From positions 105,062 through 169,061 of the IMG/VR virus record IMGVR_UViG_2770939580_000003: a stretch of 64,000 nucleotides of DNA. One strand, given 5' to 3'. This DNA is from a virus. Taxonomy: Duplodnaviria > Heunggongvirae > Uroviricota > Caudoviricetes. This document shows positions 26,998 through 37,278 of this stretch, one piece after another. Positions within the stretch are counted from its first letter, which is position 1, and every line of letters starts with the position of its first letter. A model generated the notes under the pieces. The model searched no databases, was not told where the DNA came from, and was given only the letters and a program-made list of their open reading frames with translations. Both the position numbers and the translations under genes were made by a program.

Positions 26998-28038
26998 TTA
27001 TTTGGTCTCTATGACACCATTTTTTATCACATACTTCTTCGTGTCTTGAATTTCAGTATGAGTATTATCAACTACTTTGCTACTGTTAAGGATCTGGGAA
27101 ATGAATCTCAGTTTATGTTCTAAATCGGACTTTTCTTTTTTTAGTTTACTATTTAACTTGGTTTTGTTGTTCAGTTGAGCATCTTTTCCTTCAAGTAGAA
27201 CTTCTTTCAACTTAAGTTGATTCTTTAAATCGTTAACTTCTAATCTTAACTCATTGATTTGAGACATAAGATTAGATTCTATTTTAACATCTCTCAAGAC
27301 AGTCTCTAGATGAGTTGTTAAAGCCAAAACTACGTCAGAGTGCTGTTGTGTCGAATTGTTCTCCGAAGGCGTGAGACTTTCGTATGAAGGTTCCAGATAA
27401 ATCACATTATGTTTAACTATATAGTCCTGTAGAGAACCATATTTCCTTTTAATTTGATAATACTTCTGTTGAACATTATTTGCATTTCTGTTTAATTTTC
27501 CTGCTGCTATCCTTATTGCATTCATTTTTGTCTTACCTTTTCCCACTTCTTCATTGACCGTTTGATTAAGAACGTACAAGTCATTGTCAGTCCAATTTCC
27601 AAGGATTTCAGTTTTAATCTCTTGTGGTGCTTCCTCTTCCACTTGAAGTAAGTAATCACGTACCTTGATAGCAACTTTGCTATCTCTCAAAAGCATCCCA
27701 ATTCTTAATACGGCCTTCTTGGTTAGCAGTTTAACAATGTGTTGCCCCGGTGACAAGGCTTTTGACAAGGTGTCAAAACCCTCTTGCTTACTTGAAATTG
27801 TCCTCACATTGTCTTTCTTAAATTCAGCATTATGTCTAGAAAGTATCTGTGCTACAACGCTGTAGTCTACCTCATAAAATTCTGAAGCCATTTTCACAGT
27901 CATGCTTTCTCCATCGGGAAGAAGTATTACCTTCTTAACTTTATCAAGCATGCTAACCTTGTTTATGTATTGTTCTCTAAAGTTTGTATTCTTGTTTTCA
28001 ATAAACTGATCATGATCCAACTGTAATGCTTCATTCAT
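26998..28038 (-). CDS. antirepressor-like protein with an internal RsfA/Myb-like segment and coiled coil
   Basis: N-terminal LDKVK..ILLP...T....SEFYEV...AVLRIGMLLRDSKVA..VR; central WTDND...TV...GKT...A..KLNR. Confidence 0.6.
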   Translation of the reverse strand: MNEALQLDHDQFIENKNTNFREQYINKVSMLDKVKKVILLPDGESMTVKMASEFYEVDYSVVAQILSRHNAEFKKDNVRTISSKQEGFDTLSKALSPGQHIVKLLTKKAVLRIGMLLRDSKVAIKVRDYLLQVEEEAPQEIKTEILGNWTDNDLYVLNQTVNEEVGKGKTKMNAIRIAAGKLNRNANNVQQKYYQIKRKYGSLQDYIVKHNVIYLEPSYESLTPSENNSTQQHSDVVLALTTHLETVLRDVKIESNLMSQINELRLEVNDLKNQLKLKEVLLEGKDAQLNNKTKLNSKLKKEKSDLEHKLRFISQILNSSKVVDNTHTEIQDTKKYVIKNGVIETK

Positions 28039-28060
28039 TTTTAAAACCTCCGATATTATT

Positions 28061-28240
28061 TTAATGTTTGTAAATAGAAATCAAATCTTCGAGCTTCAAA
28101 ATCTCTGCCTTTTGCAAAGGCTGTTTCCCGTTGATGAACAATGAAAACAAAGAATTACTAATTCCTAGTTTCTTTGCAATGAATGACTTCTTAATTCCAT
28201 AATCATCAATAACTTTTTGTGTTCTTTCTTTGAGCGTCAT
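28061..28240 (-). CDS. Cro-like HTH protein (59 aa, not in track)
   Basis: MTLKERTQKVIDDYGIKKSFIAKKLGISNSLFSLFINGKQPL...; GGAGGTGG RBS. Confidence 0.75.
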   Translation of the reverse strand: MTLKERTQKVIDDYGIKKSFIAKKLGISNSLFSLFINGKQPLQKAEILKLEDLISIYKH

Positions 28241-28321
28241 GTGTCCACCTCCTTAAAATATATTTTAATTGTTATTCAAAAAAAATTGGTCAAATAAGCA
28301 TTTCATTTAGATAAGTATTCA

Positions 28322-28564
28322 TTAAACACTGTAATACTCGACTTCTAAAATTAAATCAATCATATCTTCAATGTCATCAGCAGCCTTTTCGTTAACTGTG
28401 ATCCGATTTTTATTGATCTCAATTGTGCAGTTATTTGTATGTATTGTACATGTAGGAGAGATTGCAAATGAATGTTCATCCCCAATTACTTCGTATTTCA
28501 CCCCTTCAGCATCAAGTTTCTTAGTGACTTGTTTAACAAATTTATCAATCTTCATTATTTTCAT
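28322..28564 (-). CDS. hypothetical phage protein
   Basis: co-oriented ORF. Confidence 0.65.
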   Translation of the reverse strand: MKIMKIDKFVKQVTKKLDAEGVKYEVIGDEHSFAISPTCTIHTNNCTIEINKNRITVNEKAADDIEDMIDLILEVEYYSV

Positions 28565-28718
28565 ACTCCATTCATTATGAATTTATAATTATACGATATT
28601 CTGTATTTAAATATCATCAATTGCGAGTGTTATACTTTTGATTTCGGATATTCATACAATTGAATCTAAGTAAAGCAAGAATTTTATTAGAAAATCATCT
28701 TCCGTAAAACATTCAACT

Positions 28719-28922
28719 CTAATTAAAACAAGGAACCATGTAACCGTTGATGTGATCGAAAGTTGCTTCAATGTCACTCATTTTAATTGCTTGTTTGCCC
28801 CATGCATCAACCCTAAGCAATTCACCTTTATCATCAATTAGCCAGATATAAGTTTCCATGTCAGCATGTACGGCATATGTTTTACTTTTAAAATTAACCA
28901 CTTGATTAAGTTCGAAGTCCAT
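28719..28922 (-). CDS. hypothetical phage protein
   Basis: ORF with GGGG RBS. Confidence 0.65.
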   Translation of the reverse strand: MDFELNQVVNFKSKTYAVHADMETYIWLIDDKGELLRVDAWGKQAIKMSDIEATFDHINGYMVPCFN

Positions 28923-28936
28923 CTTTTATTCCCCCA

Positions 28937-29170
28937 TTATTTGCTTATATGATTAAGATTTGTTAAACATCCATCAAACAAAACATATGTATCTAAAGTG
29001 TTGATCCACAATTCTACAATTCGTTCTGGGATTGATGTATTGGTCTCACTCAATACATCCGTTGTGTTAATTCCATATTCCGCTTCTAAACTCAGTAATT
29101 CATCGAGCGCCTTGGATGGCTGAACTTTAAAATTATCAGGTCGTATTACTGTCTTGAATTTATCAATCAT
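28937..29170 (-). CDS. hypothetical phage protein
   Basis: ORF with AAGGGG RBS. Confidence 0.65.
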   Translation of the reverse strand: MIDKFKTVIRPDNFKVQPSKALDELLSLEAEYGINTTDVLSETNTSIPERIVELWINTLDTYVLFDGCLTNLNHISK

Positions 29171-29368
29171 ATTTTATCCCCTTATTTCTAAGTGAAATCA
29201 CTCATTTATCAAGAATATTTAATCAATTCCAATGTTTCTTTACTTATTTTCACTTTTGTTAGTGACTGCAATATATTGTAACCACAAGATTCACAATCAA
29301 AGTATTTTTCATTTAAATCATTATCCGTTTTGATTTTCATTTTTATTTTGCAATTAGGACATTGCATA

Positions 29369-29578
29369 TTAGCAATTTCCCCTCTTATATTTGAGTACCG
29401 ATTTCTTTCCTAGATCAAATGTATCGAAGTTGCCAATAAAATTCTTCTCTCCAGTACCCCAGTTTATCGAATAAGCCTGAAAAGATGATCCATCTTCATA
29501 TACCTGACCAACTACAACATCTTTCTTTTTGATAAGCATTATTATTCCTCCATTATCCTTATGAAATGAGTAATTCAT
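29369..29578 (-). CDS. hypothetical phage protein
   Basis: ORF; GGAGG RBS points to an internal start. Confidence 0.6.
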   Translation of the reverse strand: MNYSFHKDNGGIIMLIKKKDVVVGQVYEDGSSFQAYSINWGTGEKNFIGNFDTFDLGKKSVLKYKRGNC

Positions 29579-29643
29579 TTAATTACGGTACAAAGTTTCT
29601 CGTTCGAATACGTTGTTTATGTATTGCTTAACTTGTTAATGTA

Positions 29644-29685
29644 ATTATAATCTCTATTTTTATTATTGTAAAGTATTATTTTAGT
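29644..29685 (-). promoter_or_regulatory. sigmaA promoter with conserved upstream motif
   Basis: ACTAAAATAATAC-TTTACA-17-TATAAT. Confidence 0.8.
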
Positions 29686-29708
29686 GTTTAATACTACTCA
29701 TAATTAAC

Positions 29709-29924
29709 TTATAAGTAGTCTCTCTCTTTGATTAAATCCGCATTTTCTTTAATCCACTTCTTTGCTTTAGCCAACGTCTGATGGCTGTCCGACTGGCTTT
29801 TAAATCGTTCAACAGCCTTAATATTCCAATGGATGGGCTCCACATCCCATTCATGCTTAGATCCACCATTGTAAATAACGAAACCCATGTACTCATATAG
29901 ACCATCGAACTTAGTCTTTTCCAA
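29709..29924 (-). CDS. hypothetical phage protein
   Basis: ORF with GGAGGGG RBS. Confidence 0.7.
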   Translation of the reverse strand: MEKTKFDGLYEYMGFVIYNGGSKHEWDVEPIHWNIKAVERFKSQSDSHQTLAKAKKWIKENADLIKERDYL

Positions 29925-29953
29925 GTAAACCCCTCCTTGTAAAGATTATTATA

Positions 29954-30196
29954 TCATTTCATGTACGCCGGTACTTGTTTGCCTTGAAGTTCACACTCTT
30001 CACGGAAGCGCTGCTTCCACTTTTCGCTACTTTCCTTGCGCATTGCATCTAGTCGAGCAGTTTCTTTTGCTGCGAACTCTGCACAGAGGCGTTCATGATT
30101 GGCACGTTCTTCCGCGAGTCGAACATTGATTGCCTCGATTCGAGCCGCTTCTTTCTGTGCTTTCGCTTCTTTGATTCCTTTGAATAATTTAAACAT
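29954..30196 (-). CDS. hypothetical coiled-coil protein
   Basis: ORF with AAGGAG RBS. Confidence 0.7.
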   Translation of the reverse strand: MFKLFKGIKEAKAQKEAARIEAINVRLAEERANHERLCAEFAAKETARLDAMRKESSEKWKQRFREECELQGKQVPAYMK

Positions 30197-30232
30197 ATGT
30201 ATCGTCTCCTTATTTGTTAACTTGATAATGTA

Positions 30233-30274
30233 ATCATAACACCTAGTTACATTGTTGTCTAGTATTATCTTTGT
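30233..30274 (-). promoter_or_regulatory. sigmaA promoter with conserved upstream motif
   Basis: ACAAAGATAATAC-TAGACA-17-TATGAT. Confidence 0.8.
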
Positions 30275-30284
30275 ATTTTATAAA

Positions 30285-33200
30285 TTAAATCACCTCCTGT
30301 TGTCCCCATTTTAAACGTGTGTATCCGTGTTGGTCTTTTTCCTTTGTCATTACCATGTTCAAAATATCGAAATCGACACCAAACCGCTCATATAATTCAT
30401 CATCGTTTACATCATCATTTTTCATAAACAGATTCAACTTTTCCTTACTTAAAATTAACTTTAGTAGATTACTTTCTATGCTATTTTCATAAGTTATATA
30501 GTGTATTTCTTTATTGTCCGATTCTGAATCAAAACGCACAAACCTAGCTGTAAACTGGTGCAGACTTGCCCCATTCCACGCCAATTCTGGAACAATGATT
30601 TTGTTTACGTAATTGATGCTTATACTGCTAGACATTGATTGTTGAGTACAAACCATAATAGGGTTGATACATTTTTTCATTTCAATTATCATTTCTTTCC
30701 TCTGCTTCAGACTCATATCCTCACCAGTGACAATAAATAGTTTTCGTTCTGGGAATATCTCTTTAATATGTCTCGCATAACTATATACTGTCTTTTTAAA
30801 TCTACATCCGATTACAACTGGTTCATTGTTCCATTTCTCAAGTTTGTTAAATACATTCTTAAACTTAGAGGAGTATCCGCTACCTCTATATTCCTTAAAA
30901 AGGTGCGGAGCGCTGCAACTTCTGATAAGCATATTTAACTGTTGTAATATTTCTAACATTCTATCTTTTCTGCTGTTACCTGTCCTATTTACGCTTCTCG
31001 CCATTTCATAAAACTCTTCTATAATCTTTTTATATAAATCATATTCGTGATTGTTGAAACTGCATGTATCTTGAAAAATGTTAGCAATTGATCTTCCTGT
31101 AATTTCTTCAAATGTTCTAGTAATAATCGTTGAATCAATTAAAGCTTTTAGTACATCCGAATTATATATGTGCTGCGTAGCCTGTGATACTCCAAACACA
31201 GTTATTTTTTCGGGTATATGACTTTCTTTAAATAACTTCTGCCCCTTGTGATACTGAGGATAGGGTTTCAGATAGTGTACATTTAATTCTGTTTTTAGTT
31301 CCTTAGTCTTCTTGTCTTCTACATATATTTCTTCACATCGATTCAAAAAATTAACCGAGGAATTATAAAGCAACTGAAATTGTGGAAAAGCCTCACCTAT
31401 TGAATTTCTGACACTTGTACCAGTTGTTAATAGTTTGTATTTTGCATTTTTAAATACGTTCAAAGTGGCCTTCGTTCTTTTACTTGTCATGGTGGCTATG
31501 CTGTCACTTTCATCAAGCACTAGACCTATTTTACGCCCACTTAAGCGGATAAACTTCTTAATCTGTCTCTGATACTTAGTAACCATATTAAACGTTACTA
31601 GTACTATGTCAGATGGTTTAATAGATGAGATACTTTGCAAAGAGTCTACTTTAACAAATGGAATACCATAACTTGTAAGTATAGTTTCAAAAGTGCCCGT
31701 AATTGCAATAGCTGGAGCAACTATAAACATATTTCTCACATTGTTGTGCTGTAAGTGATACTGAGAATAGGCAACGGCTGCAAGAGATTTACCGCCTCCA
31801 CAATCCCACTGTAAAAGCCCATATCGCTTTTGTAGCATCCTTCCCATATCATCACATTGTATACTATTAAACTTGATTACACGGTCATTTAGAGAGTCGT
31901 TTAGTTCATATTCATTTAGCCATTTAGAGATATATTTATCTTGCGACATTGTTTTAAATGGCTCTGCTTGTTTCTTGTAAGCATTAATTTTTCTTTGTTG
32001 TAGTTTCTTAAATTTCCGTTCTTCAAAAGGGTAGTCCTCATTGAGAATCATATCTACAAACGATGCTTCTTTTACTTTCTCCATTTTAGATAGTTGCAAT
32101 TTCGTTTTGTGAGAATAGGCTTTATATTTTAATCCTGACGCTGTTTTAACAAGTTCAATTTCATCCATCTCTTTTATATGTTGATTCTTAATTATACGTT
32201 TTAGATATGACAATACTTTGTTTGGTGTTAGTCTCACTTTTACCCATTCATCGTACTTCATTGATTCAGGTTGTCTTTGTTTCGCTAACTGATTAACTTT
32301 TTCTAAGCACTTAGCATATTTGTTCCTGATTTTGGAATTACGCTTAATATCAAATAATAATTTTTTCACCTCATCCTGATAATTACTATCATCGCTTCCG
32401 CTTCTTAATGATTCTAACAAAACCTTTTGCTTAATCTTCTCCTTCTCTTTCACAATTGGTTCTATGTATGACTTATAAATGCAATCACTAGTAGTTTCGC
32501 TTATGTTTTGAATTGATGAAATAGTACTTTCATAGGGTCTATTATTTGAAATGTATTGACTCTTCTTTTGAAAAAAAACAATCTTAGTTCGAAAATTGTT
32601 TACTCCAACATTCTCAAAAGAGTTGGAAGGTAATTCAGTTTGATAGATGAAGTTGAATTTTTCATTTAATGTCTTGATCATTCCAGCATCTGAAAAATCA
32701 TCAACTATAAATGAGACAGGGACAATCAAAGCAAGTATCCCTGAAGGTTTAAGTAGTTCATAAGATTTTAAACAGTAATATAATTGACTTAAGTATTCTA
32801 CATTGTTATATGACCATTTCAAGTTAAAAGGAGGATTTCCCAATACAATGTCAAACTTGATTTGTGGCTCATAATTTCTAATATCGTCATGCGACATGTT
32901 AACATCAGGGTAAAGGTGCTTAGCTACTTTAAATGCCTTGATATCAAGTTCATTCCCGTATACATTATTATGATTCGGTAACCAGTTAAAAAAGTTACCC
33001 ATTCCACAAGTAATATCTGCAAACAGATCATCTCTGGAAGGCTTTAGACAGTCAATGAGGAATTTAGATAGAAGATGAGGCGTAAAGAATTGCCCCACCT
33101 CCAGATCCTTCTTGGCCTCAGTATATTCATGAAAATTATGGTAATCCGAAAAGTTCAATCCGTGTAGGCCACCATTACCTGTATATGTATCAAAAATGTT

Positions 33201-33317
33201 TTGTTCCGTTATTCCATATTTTTCAGTCAAACCGTTATCAATTAGGTGAATTATTTTATCATTTATATTTTCTCTCTTATTAGATGGAACAGTAATATTT
33301 TTAATCTGATAAGCCAC
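30285..33317 (-). CDS. N6-adenine methyltransferase fused to SNF2/SF2 helicase (DarB-like)
   Basis: GQFFTP, DITCGMGNF, NPPF; WDCGGGKS, LDESD and C-terminal helicase motifs. Confidence 0.85.
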   Translation of the reverse strand: MAYQIKNITVPSNKRENINDKIIHLIDNGLTEKYGITEQNIFDTYTGNGGLHGLNFSDYHNFHEYTEAKKDLEVGQFFTPHLLSKFLIDCLKPSRDDLFADITCGMGNFFNWLPNHNNVYGNELDIKAFKVAKHLYPDVNMSHDDIRNYEPQIKFDIVLGNPPFNLKWSYNNVEYLSQLYYCLKSYELLKPSGILALIVPVSFIVDDFSDAGMIKTLNEKFNFIYQTELPSNSFENVGVNNFRTKIVFFQKKSQYISNNRPYESTISSIQNISETTSDCIYKSYIEPIVKEKEKIKQKVLLESLRSGSDDSNYQDEVKKLLFDIKRNSKIRNKYAKCLEKVNQLAKQRQPESMKYDEWVKVRLTPNKVLSYLKRIIKNQHIKEMDEIELVKTASGLKYKAYSHKTKLQLSKMEKVKEASFVDMILNEDYPFEERKFKKLQQRKINAYKKQAEPFKTMSQDKYISKWLNEYELNDSLNDRVIKFNSIQCDDMGRMLQKRYGLLQWDCGGGKSLAAVAYSQYHLQHNNVRNMFIVAPAIAITGTFETILTSYGIPFVKVDSLQSISSIKPSDIVLVTFNMVTKYQRQIKKFIRLSGRKIGLVLDESDSIATMTSKRTKATLNVFKNAKYKLLTTGTSVRNSIGEAFPQFQLLYNSSVNFLNRCEEIYVEDKKTKELKTELNVHYLKPYPQYHKGQKLFKESHIPEKITVFGVSQATQHIYNSDVLKALIDSTIITRTFEEITGRSIANIFQDTCSFNNHEYDLYKKIIEEFYEMARSVNRTGNSRKDRMLEILQQLNMLIRSCSAPHLFKEYRGSGYSSKFKNVFNKLEKWNNEPVVIGCRFKKTVYSYARHIKEIFPERKLFIVTGEDMSLKQRKEMIIEMKKCINPIMVCTQQSMSSSISINYVNKIIVPELAWNGASLHQFTARFVRFDSESDNKEIHYITYENSIESNLLKLILSKEKLNLFMKNDDVNDDELYERFGVDFDILNMVMTKEKDQHGYTRLKWGQQEVI

Positions 33318-33339
33318 TTGTTTAACCCCCTACTCTATA

Positions 33340-35523
33340 TCACACAGCTACTTTTTTGTATCCACAATATTCAGATGCAAAGCGCGCGGCTTCTTGATTG
33401 CCGATAAACTCAATATCCAATTTCCCATTTTTAAAGAACTTGATTGTCTTTACTTTTTTCATTTCTTGTGTTGTATAACGTTCATAGTTTTCCAATTTCA
33501 ATAAATTTTGATATCCACAATACTTGTCTTTTAATTCTTCATTAATTGTAAGTAATCCACTATCGAATAATTGTAATGATGCGAGAATTTTTGATACCCG
33601 ATCTTCATTTAATTCATACCTTTTCCAAATCGAATCATAATGGGCAAAATATCCGTCAAGATTTAGTTTATTACCTTTAATTAATATTTTTTCTCCATAT
33701 TTGAATATTTCTTTGGTGTTATCTTTAATTTCTTTTTCAGCTTTTTCAGTGAATGAGCATCCTTCTAATTGAATAAAGATATTGTCTAAGACATCTTGAA
33801 AATCACTTTCAAAATCCAATTTTTTGATTATTTTCTCACTATCAATTGTTACTTTATATTTGTTTATGAAGTGATAACAGATATTCCTAATGAAACTTTC
33901 TTTGATTTTTTTTAAACTATTTTCATATTCGTAAGAACTCATTACGCCATGAAAGGAACCATGTGGAACTTTATTTAGCTCACTATAGAAATTTTCATAA
34001 GCCACTATAAGGGCTTTATAGTTTGTTTCTTGTTCTTGGCAAAATTTATAGTCATCATCAGAAACTCTCTGATCATTAGTTATCTCAATCTCATCAAATT
34101 TTGAAAAGATATCATCAAATGTTTCTGTGTTGTTTGCTAGTTCTTCGTTGTTCATAGGCTTTTCCTCCTGTGTTACGCTATTTTCTTTTAAATTAGAATC
34201 AACAGTATTATTTTCTTGTTTATGAGGAGTTTCAGCATCCTCTTTATGTGGTACACCTTGTAAGTCGTTTGTATTTACTTTAAGCGACTCAGCAAATGTA
34301 ATTGTTTCAGGCGATTGTTTTGCCCACCACTTGCCTCCATTAAAGCGAGACCAGCGAAATCCATTAGACTTAAGTTCTTCAATTACTTCAGGATCTGGCT
34401 TCTCAGTAAAGGAAATTTCAATACCATTCTTTTCTTCATTCAAAACGACAGAAACAGCTTTTAATTCTTCGTTGCCATTTTCGTTTACCGTTTCATTGCC
34501 TTCCTCACTACTCTCATTTTGTTGAGTTGTTTCAATTGCGGGAACACTTGATACGGACTGTTTACGTGTAGTCTTTTTGTAGACTGTTTTTTCAACATAT
34601 TCAGTAACTTCAACAAACTCAATAACAGCAATATGCCCTTTACCCAACAAGCTATTAATTTTATCAACGGAAAGACTCCAAGACTTATCAATGCTTTTAG
34701 ATGGTTTATTGTTTTTCCCTAACTTTGCAAAAGTGTGATATTTATTAAACTGTTGATCAATGTGAATTAATGTGTATCTGTTTCCTTTACTCGCTCCATG
34801 TGTGTAACCAACTTTCATTGCAAATGTAAACCCTTCTTTGATATCTGCTTCAGTAACTTCATTAACAGATTTTTCAACCACTTGAATTGTTTTAACAGGA
34901 ACTTTAACAATCTCAGGTTTAAGAGCATCGCAGTCGCTCAAAGCTTTTTCAATACGTTTGATCAAAGAACTAACTTTTTCTTCTTTTTGTTGGGATGCAG
35001 ATTTCTCTTTGTTTTCCCAATCATATGTATTAGTAGCATATACGCCGTTACCTTTTGCAATAATTTGACCATCTTTCTCAATGTGCCAACTTGCTCCCTT
35101 AGGATTGGCAAATGCAAATGTTGGATATGTTTCGATTACTGTATAAGATGGTTCAACGTTAGCTTTTTCTATTTCTTTTTCAATAAGTACTGCACATGAG
35201 GCTTTTTCATTCTCTGTGGATGCTGCGTCATTCATCATAGCCGTTAATTTCTCAATACGAGAGTTTGCAACATATGATTGCTTATTGTAGTCATATTTTC
35301 TTACTTCGCGACCAGAGTCAGAAAGATTATATTTGCATACATCGACTAACAATACATATCCATTCTTAGTTGCGACACCAGACCAAGAAGCAGGAGAATA
35401 ATAGTCAACCATTGAATCCGATTCATCTTGTTTGTATCCGAAAACCTGCCAACCTGAGTCCACCAATTTGTACATAATGTTAACCTTTGCTTCTTGTTTG
35501 TCTAAGTAATGCATCCGAATCAC
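33340..35523 (-). CDS. large polyvalent-protein-type protein
   Basis: DESDSM.DYYSPA.W N-terminus; NEEKNGIEISF.EKP...LKSNGFRWS...WWAK module; KFFKNGKLDIEF C-terminus. Confidence 0.65.
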   Translation of the reverse strand: MIRMHYLDKQEAKVNIMYKLVDSGWQVFGYKQDESDSMVDYYSPASWSGVATKNGYVLLVDVCKYNLSDSGREVRKYDYNKQSYVANSRIEKLTAMMNDAASTENEKASCAVLIEKEIEKANVEPSYTVIETYPTFAFANPKGASWHIEKDGQIIAKGNGVYATNTYDWENKEKSASQQKEEKVSSLIKRIEKALSDCDALKPEIVKVPVKTIQVVEKSVNEVTEADIKEGFTFAMKVGYTHGASKGNRYTLIHIDQQFNKYHTFAKLGKNNKPSKSIDKSWSLSVDKINSLLGKGHIAVIEFVEVTEYVEKTVYKKTTRKQSVSSVPAIETTQQNESSEEGNETVNENGNEELKAVSVVLNEEKNGIEISFTEKPDPEVIEELKSNGFRWSRFNGGKWWAKQSPETITFAESLKVNTNDLQGVPHKEDAETPHKQENNTVDSNLKENSVTQEEKPMNNEELANNTETFDDIFSKFDEIEITNDQRVSDDDYKFCQEQETNYKALIVAYENFYSELNKVPHGSFHGVMSSYEYENSLKKIKESFIRNICYHFINKYKVTIDSEKIIKKLDFESDFQDVLDNIFIQLEGCSFTEKAEKEIKDNTKEIFKYGEKILIKGNKLNLDGYFAHYDSIWKRYELNEDRVSKILASLQLFDSGLLTINEELKDKYCGYQNLLKLENYERYTTQEMKKVKTIKFFKNGKLDIEFIGNQEAARFASEYCGYKKVAV

Positions 35524-35543
35524 CTCATCTATTTGATACCTTA

Positions 35544-35585
35544 ATTATAACTTATATCAGTGTAGTTGTACAGTATTATTTTTGT
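35544..35585 (-). promoter_or_regulatory. sigmaA promoter with conserved upstream motif
   Basis: ACAAAAATAATAC-TGTACA-17-TATAAT. Confidence 0.75.
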
Positions 35586-35633
35586 GTATTAAACTAAAAA
35601 AAGAGATTCCTAAGTGGAATCCCTGAGTAATAA

Positions 35634-35975
35634 CTATTTAACTTTGACTGTCCATATCTCTACTTCTTCATCATCATTTAATGGTTCAACATATGTTACC
35701 TCAACCTGCTTATCTTGATACTGTTTACGCAATACATTAGTAAATGACTTGTCCTCTTTAGTTGTAGCAATATCTGTCACCTGTAACACCCAGAAACGTC
35801 CATCCTGATCCTTGGTGGTGTGAGCCACATAGTAGCCACTACCCTTCATGTAGTAAACCTTCTCGACCTTCATAGTCGCTTGCTTAACCTTTTGGTTGAC
35901 CCCATTTGCCATACTTACACTGGACACCATTAGAGACAATACTAACACCATCAACATTACAGTAAACTTTTTCAT
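35634..35975 (-). CDS. secreted hypothetical protein
   Basis: Sec-type signal peptide ending SMA. Confidence 0.7.
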   Translation of the reverse strand: MKKFTVMLMVLVLSLMVSSVSMANGVNQKVKQATMKVEKVYYMKGSGYYVAHTTKDQDGRFWVLQVTDIATTKEDKSFTNVLRKQYQDKQVEVTYVEPLNDDEEVEIWTVKVK

Positions 35976-36162
35976 TCAATACACATCCATTCTTATATTA
36001 TTTTAGTCTATTTATTAATTGAATTTATAAGTTCAAGGTGCTGGCTGAAGGATAATCCTGCTGACGAACGTTTAGTCTGATTCTGTGAATTTACTCTTTG
36101 CTCTGGCTGCTTAAACGCTGCATATGGATTAGTTTTATGTACTGGATGTATGTAATAGATTC

Positions 36163-36855
36163 TTAGCATGTAATTACCTCCTTTTTGCTGTTGATTGTGA
36201 TTAGTGGTGAGATAGACAATGAAGATTTGATATCAGCCATATATCTAGAATCGAAACTTGTGTATTTAGATTGCTTAACAGTTATATGTTGATTAGAAGT
36301 GATTGTAGTAAGAGATATTGCATCGATATCAAAATCAATCCATCCATCATAAACCGCTACCTCTTGGTAAGGTAGAATAATCTCAACCCAGTTAGTCCGC
36401 TTACGCTTAGGTTTATGAGTTATGTATAACGCATTCTCGTACTGTGCGTAGCGATCAACCTTGACAGACTCGATAACTGTATGAGTTAGTTGCGGAAAAC
36501 CAAACTCAGAGAACTTTACGATACTTACTTTGTGTCCCAATTCAAGTTTGTTGATAATTTCTTGCTGATCTTCTGTCACATGAGTAGTATTTGCTTGCAT
36601 GAATTCAGTCAGCATATCAGCCATAGGAGAGCTGGAGAATTCAGCCTTAACAGCTTCAATCAATTCATCAGTAACAGTAACATTGTTGTCAGCCAAATCA
36701 AGATGAAATCCCAATTTCACAGAACCTTTCTGTGCATCAGACAAGTTGTTGTATTTGTCGTCAAATTTGCGAATTTGGTTAGCGAGTAACTCAGAAAGAT
36801 AATCCACTTTGTAATCCATGTCCATTTGGTTGAAGTTTGTCATTATAATTACCAC
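36163..36855 (-). CDS. hypothetical protein of the polyvalent-protein cluster
   Basis: 230-aa co-oriented ORF. Confidence 0.7.
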   Translation of the reverse strand: MVIIMTNFNQMDMDYKVDYLSELLANQIRKFDDKYNNLSDAQKGSVKLGFHLDLADNNVTVTDELIEAVKAEFSSSPMADMLTEFMQANTTHVTEDQQEIINKLELGHKVSIVKFSEFGFPQLTHTVIESVKVDRYAQYENALYITHKPKRKRTNWVEIILPYQEVAVYDGWIDFDIDAISLTTITSNQHITVKQSKYTSFDSRYMADIKSSLSISPLITINSKKEVITC

Positions 36856-36889
36856 CTTATTATTTATTATTTTTGTGTTGTTATTTATA

Positions 36890-36985
36890 TTAACGAAGGA
36901 TTAGTGCCCCTACGATTGTTTTACTCTTCAACGCTTGCTTACGTGCCCATTGGGACTTCATAATTGCCAGTTTAGTCTGACTCAT
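36890..36985 (-). CDS. 31-aa basic peptide, first ORF after the 37030-37071 promoter (not in track)
   Basis: AAGGAG RBS; MSQTKLAIMKSQWARKQALKSKTIVGALILR. Confidence 0.5.
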   Translation of the reverse strand: MSQTKLAIMKSQWARKQALKSKTIVGALILR

Positions 36986-37029
36986 TTGATTTCAACTCCT
37001 TGTTTCGTTTTCCTTTACCTTATATACTT

Positions 37030-37071
37030 ATTATACATCATAAATATATAAATGTACAGTATTATCTTAGT
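37030..37071 (-). promoter_or_regulatory. sigmaA promoter with conserved upstream motif
   Basis: ACTAAGATAATAC-TGTACA-17-TATAAT. Confidence 0.75.
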
Positions 37072-37278
37072 GTTTTAACACAAATAAGCCACCTTTTTTA
37101 TGGGTGACCTAAATGAGTTATAGATTAGAATTGAATTAAGGAATAATTAAACCAAATGACAGACACAACGGGTTTTGTTGTGGATGAAGGTGAAGCGACA
37201 GCCATGGAGTGAAACGGAATGGATCTCGCCACCTATTATTAGGTGTAAGATGAGATTCAATATGATTAATTACACTTT

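Noticed and set aside
30285-33317. Type I/III restriction-modification system
   Set aside because: No specificity or nuclease subunit recognised; the architecture and neighbours fit DarB-like proteins.
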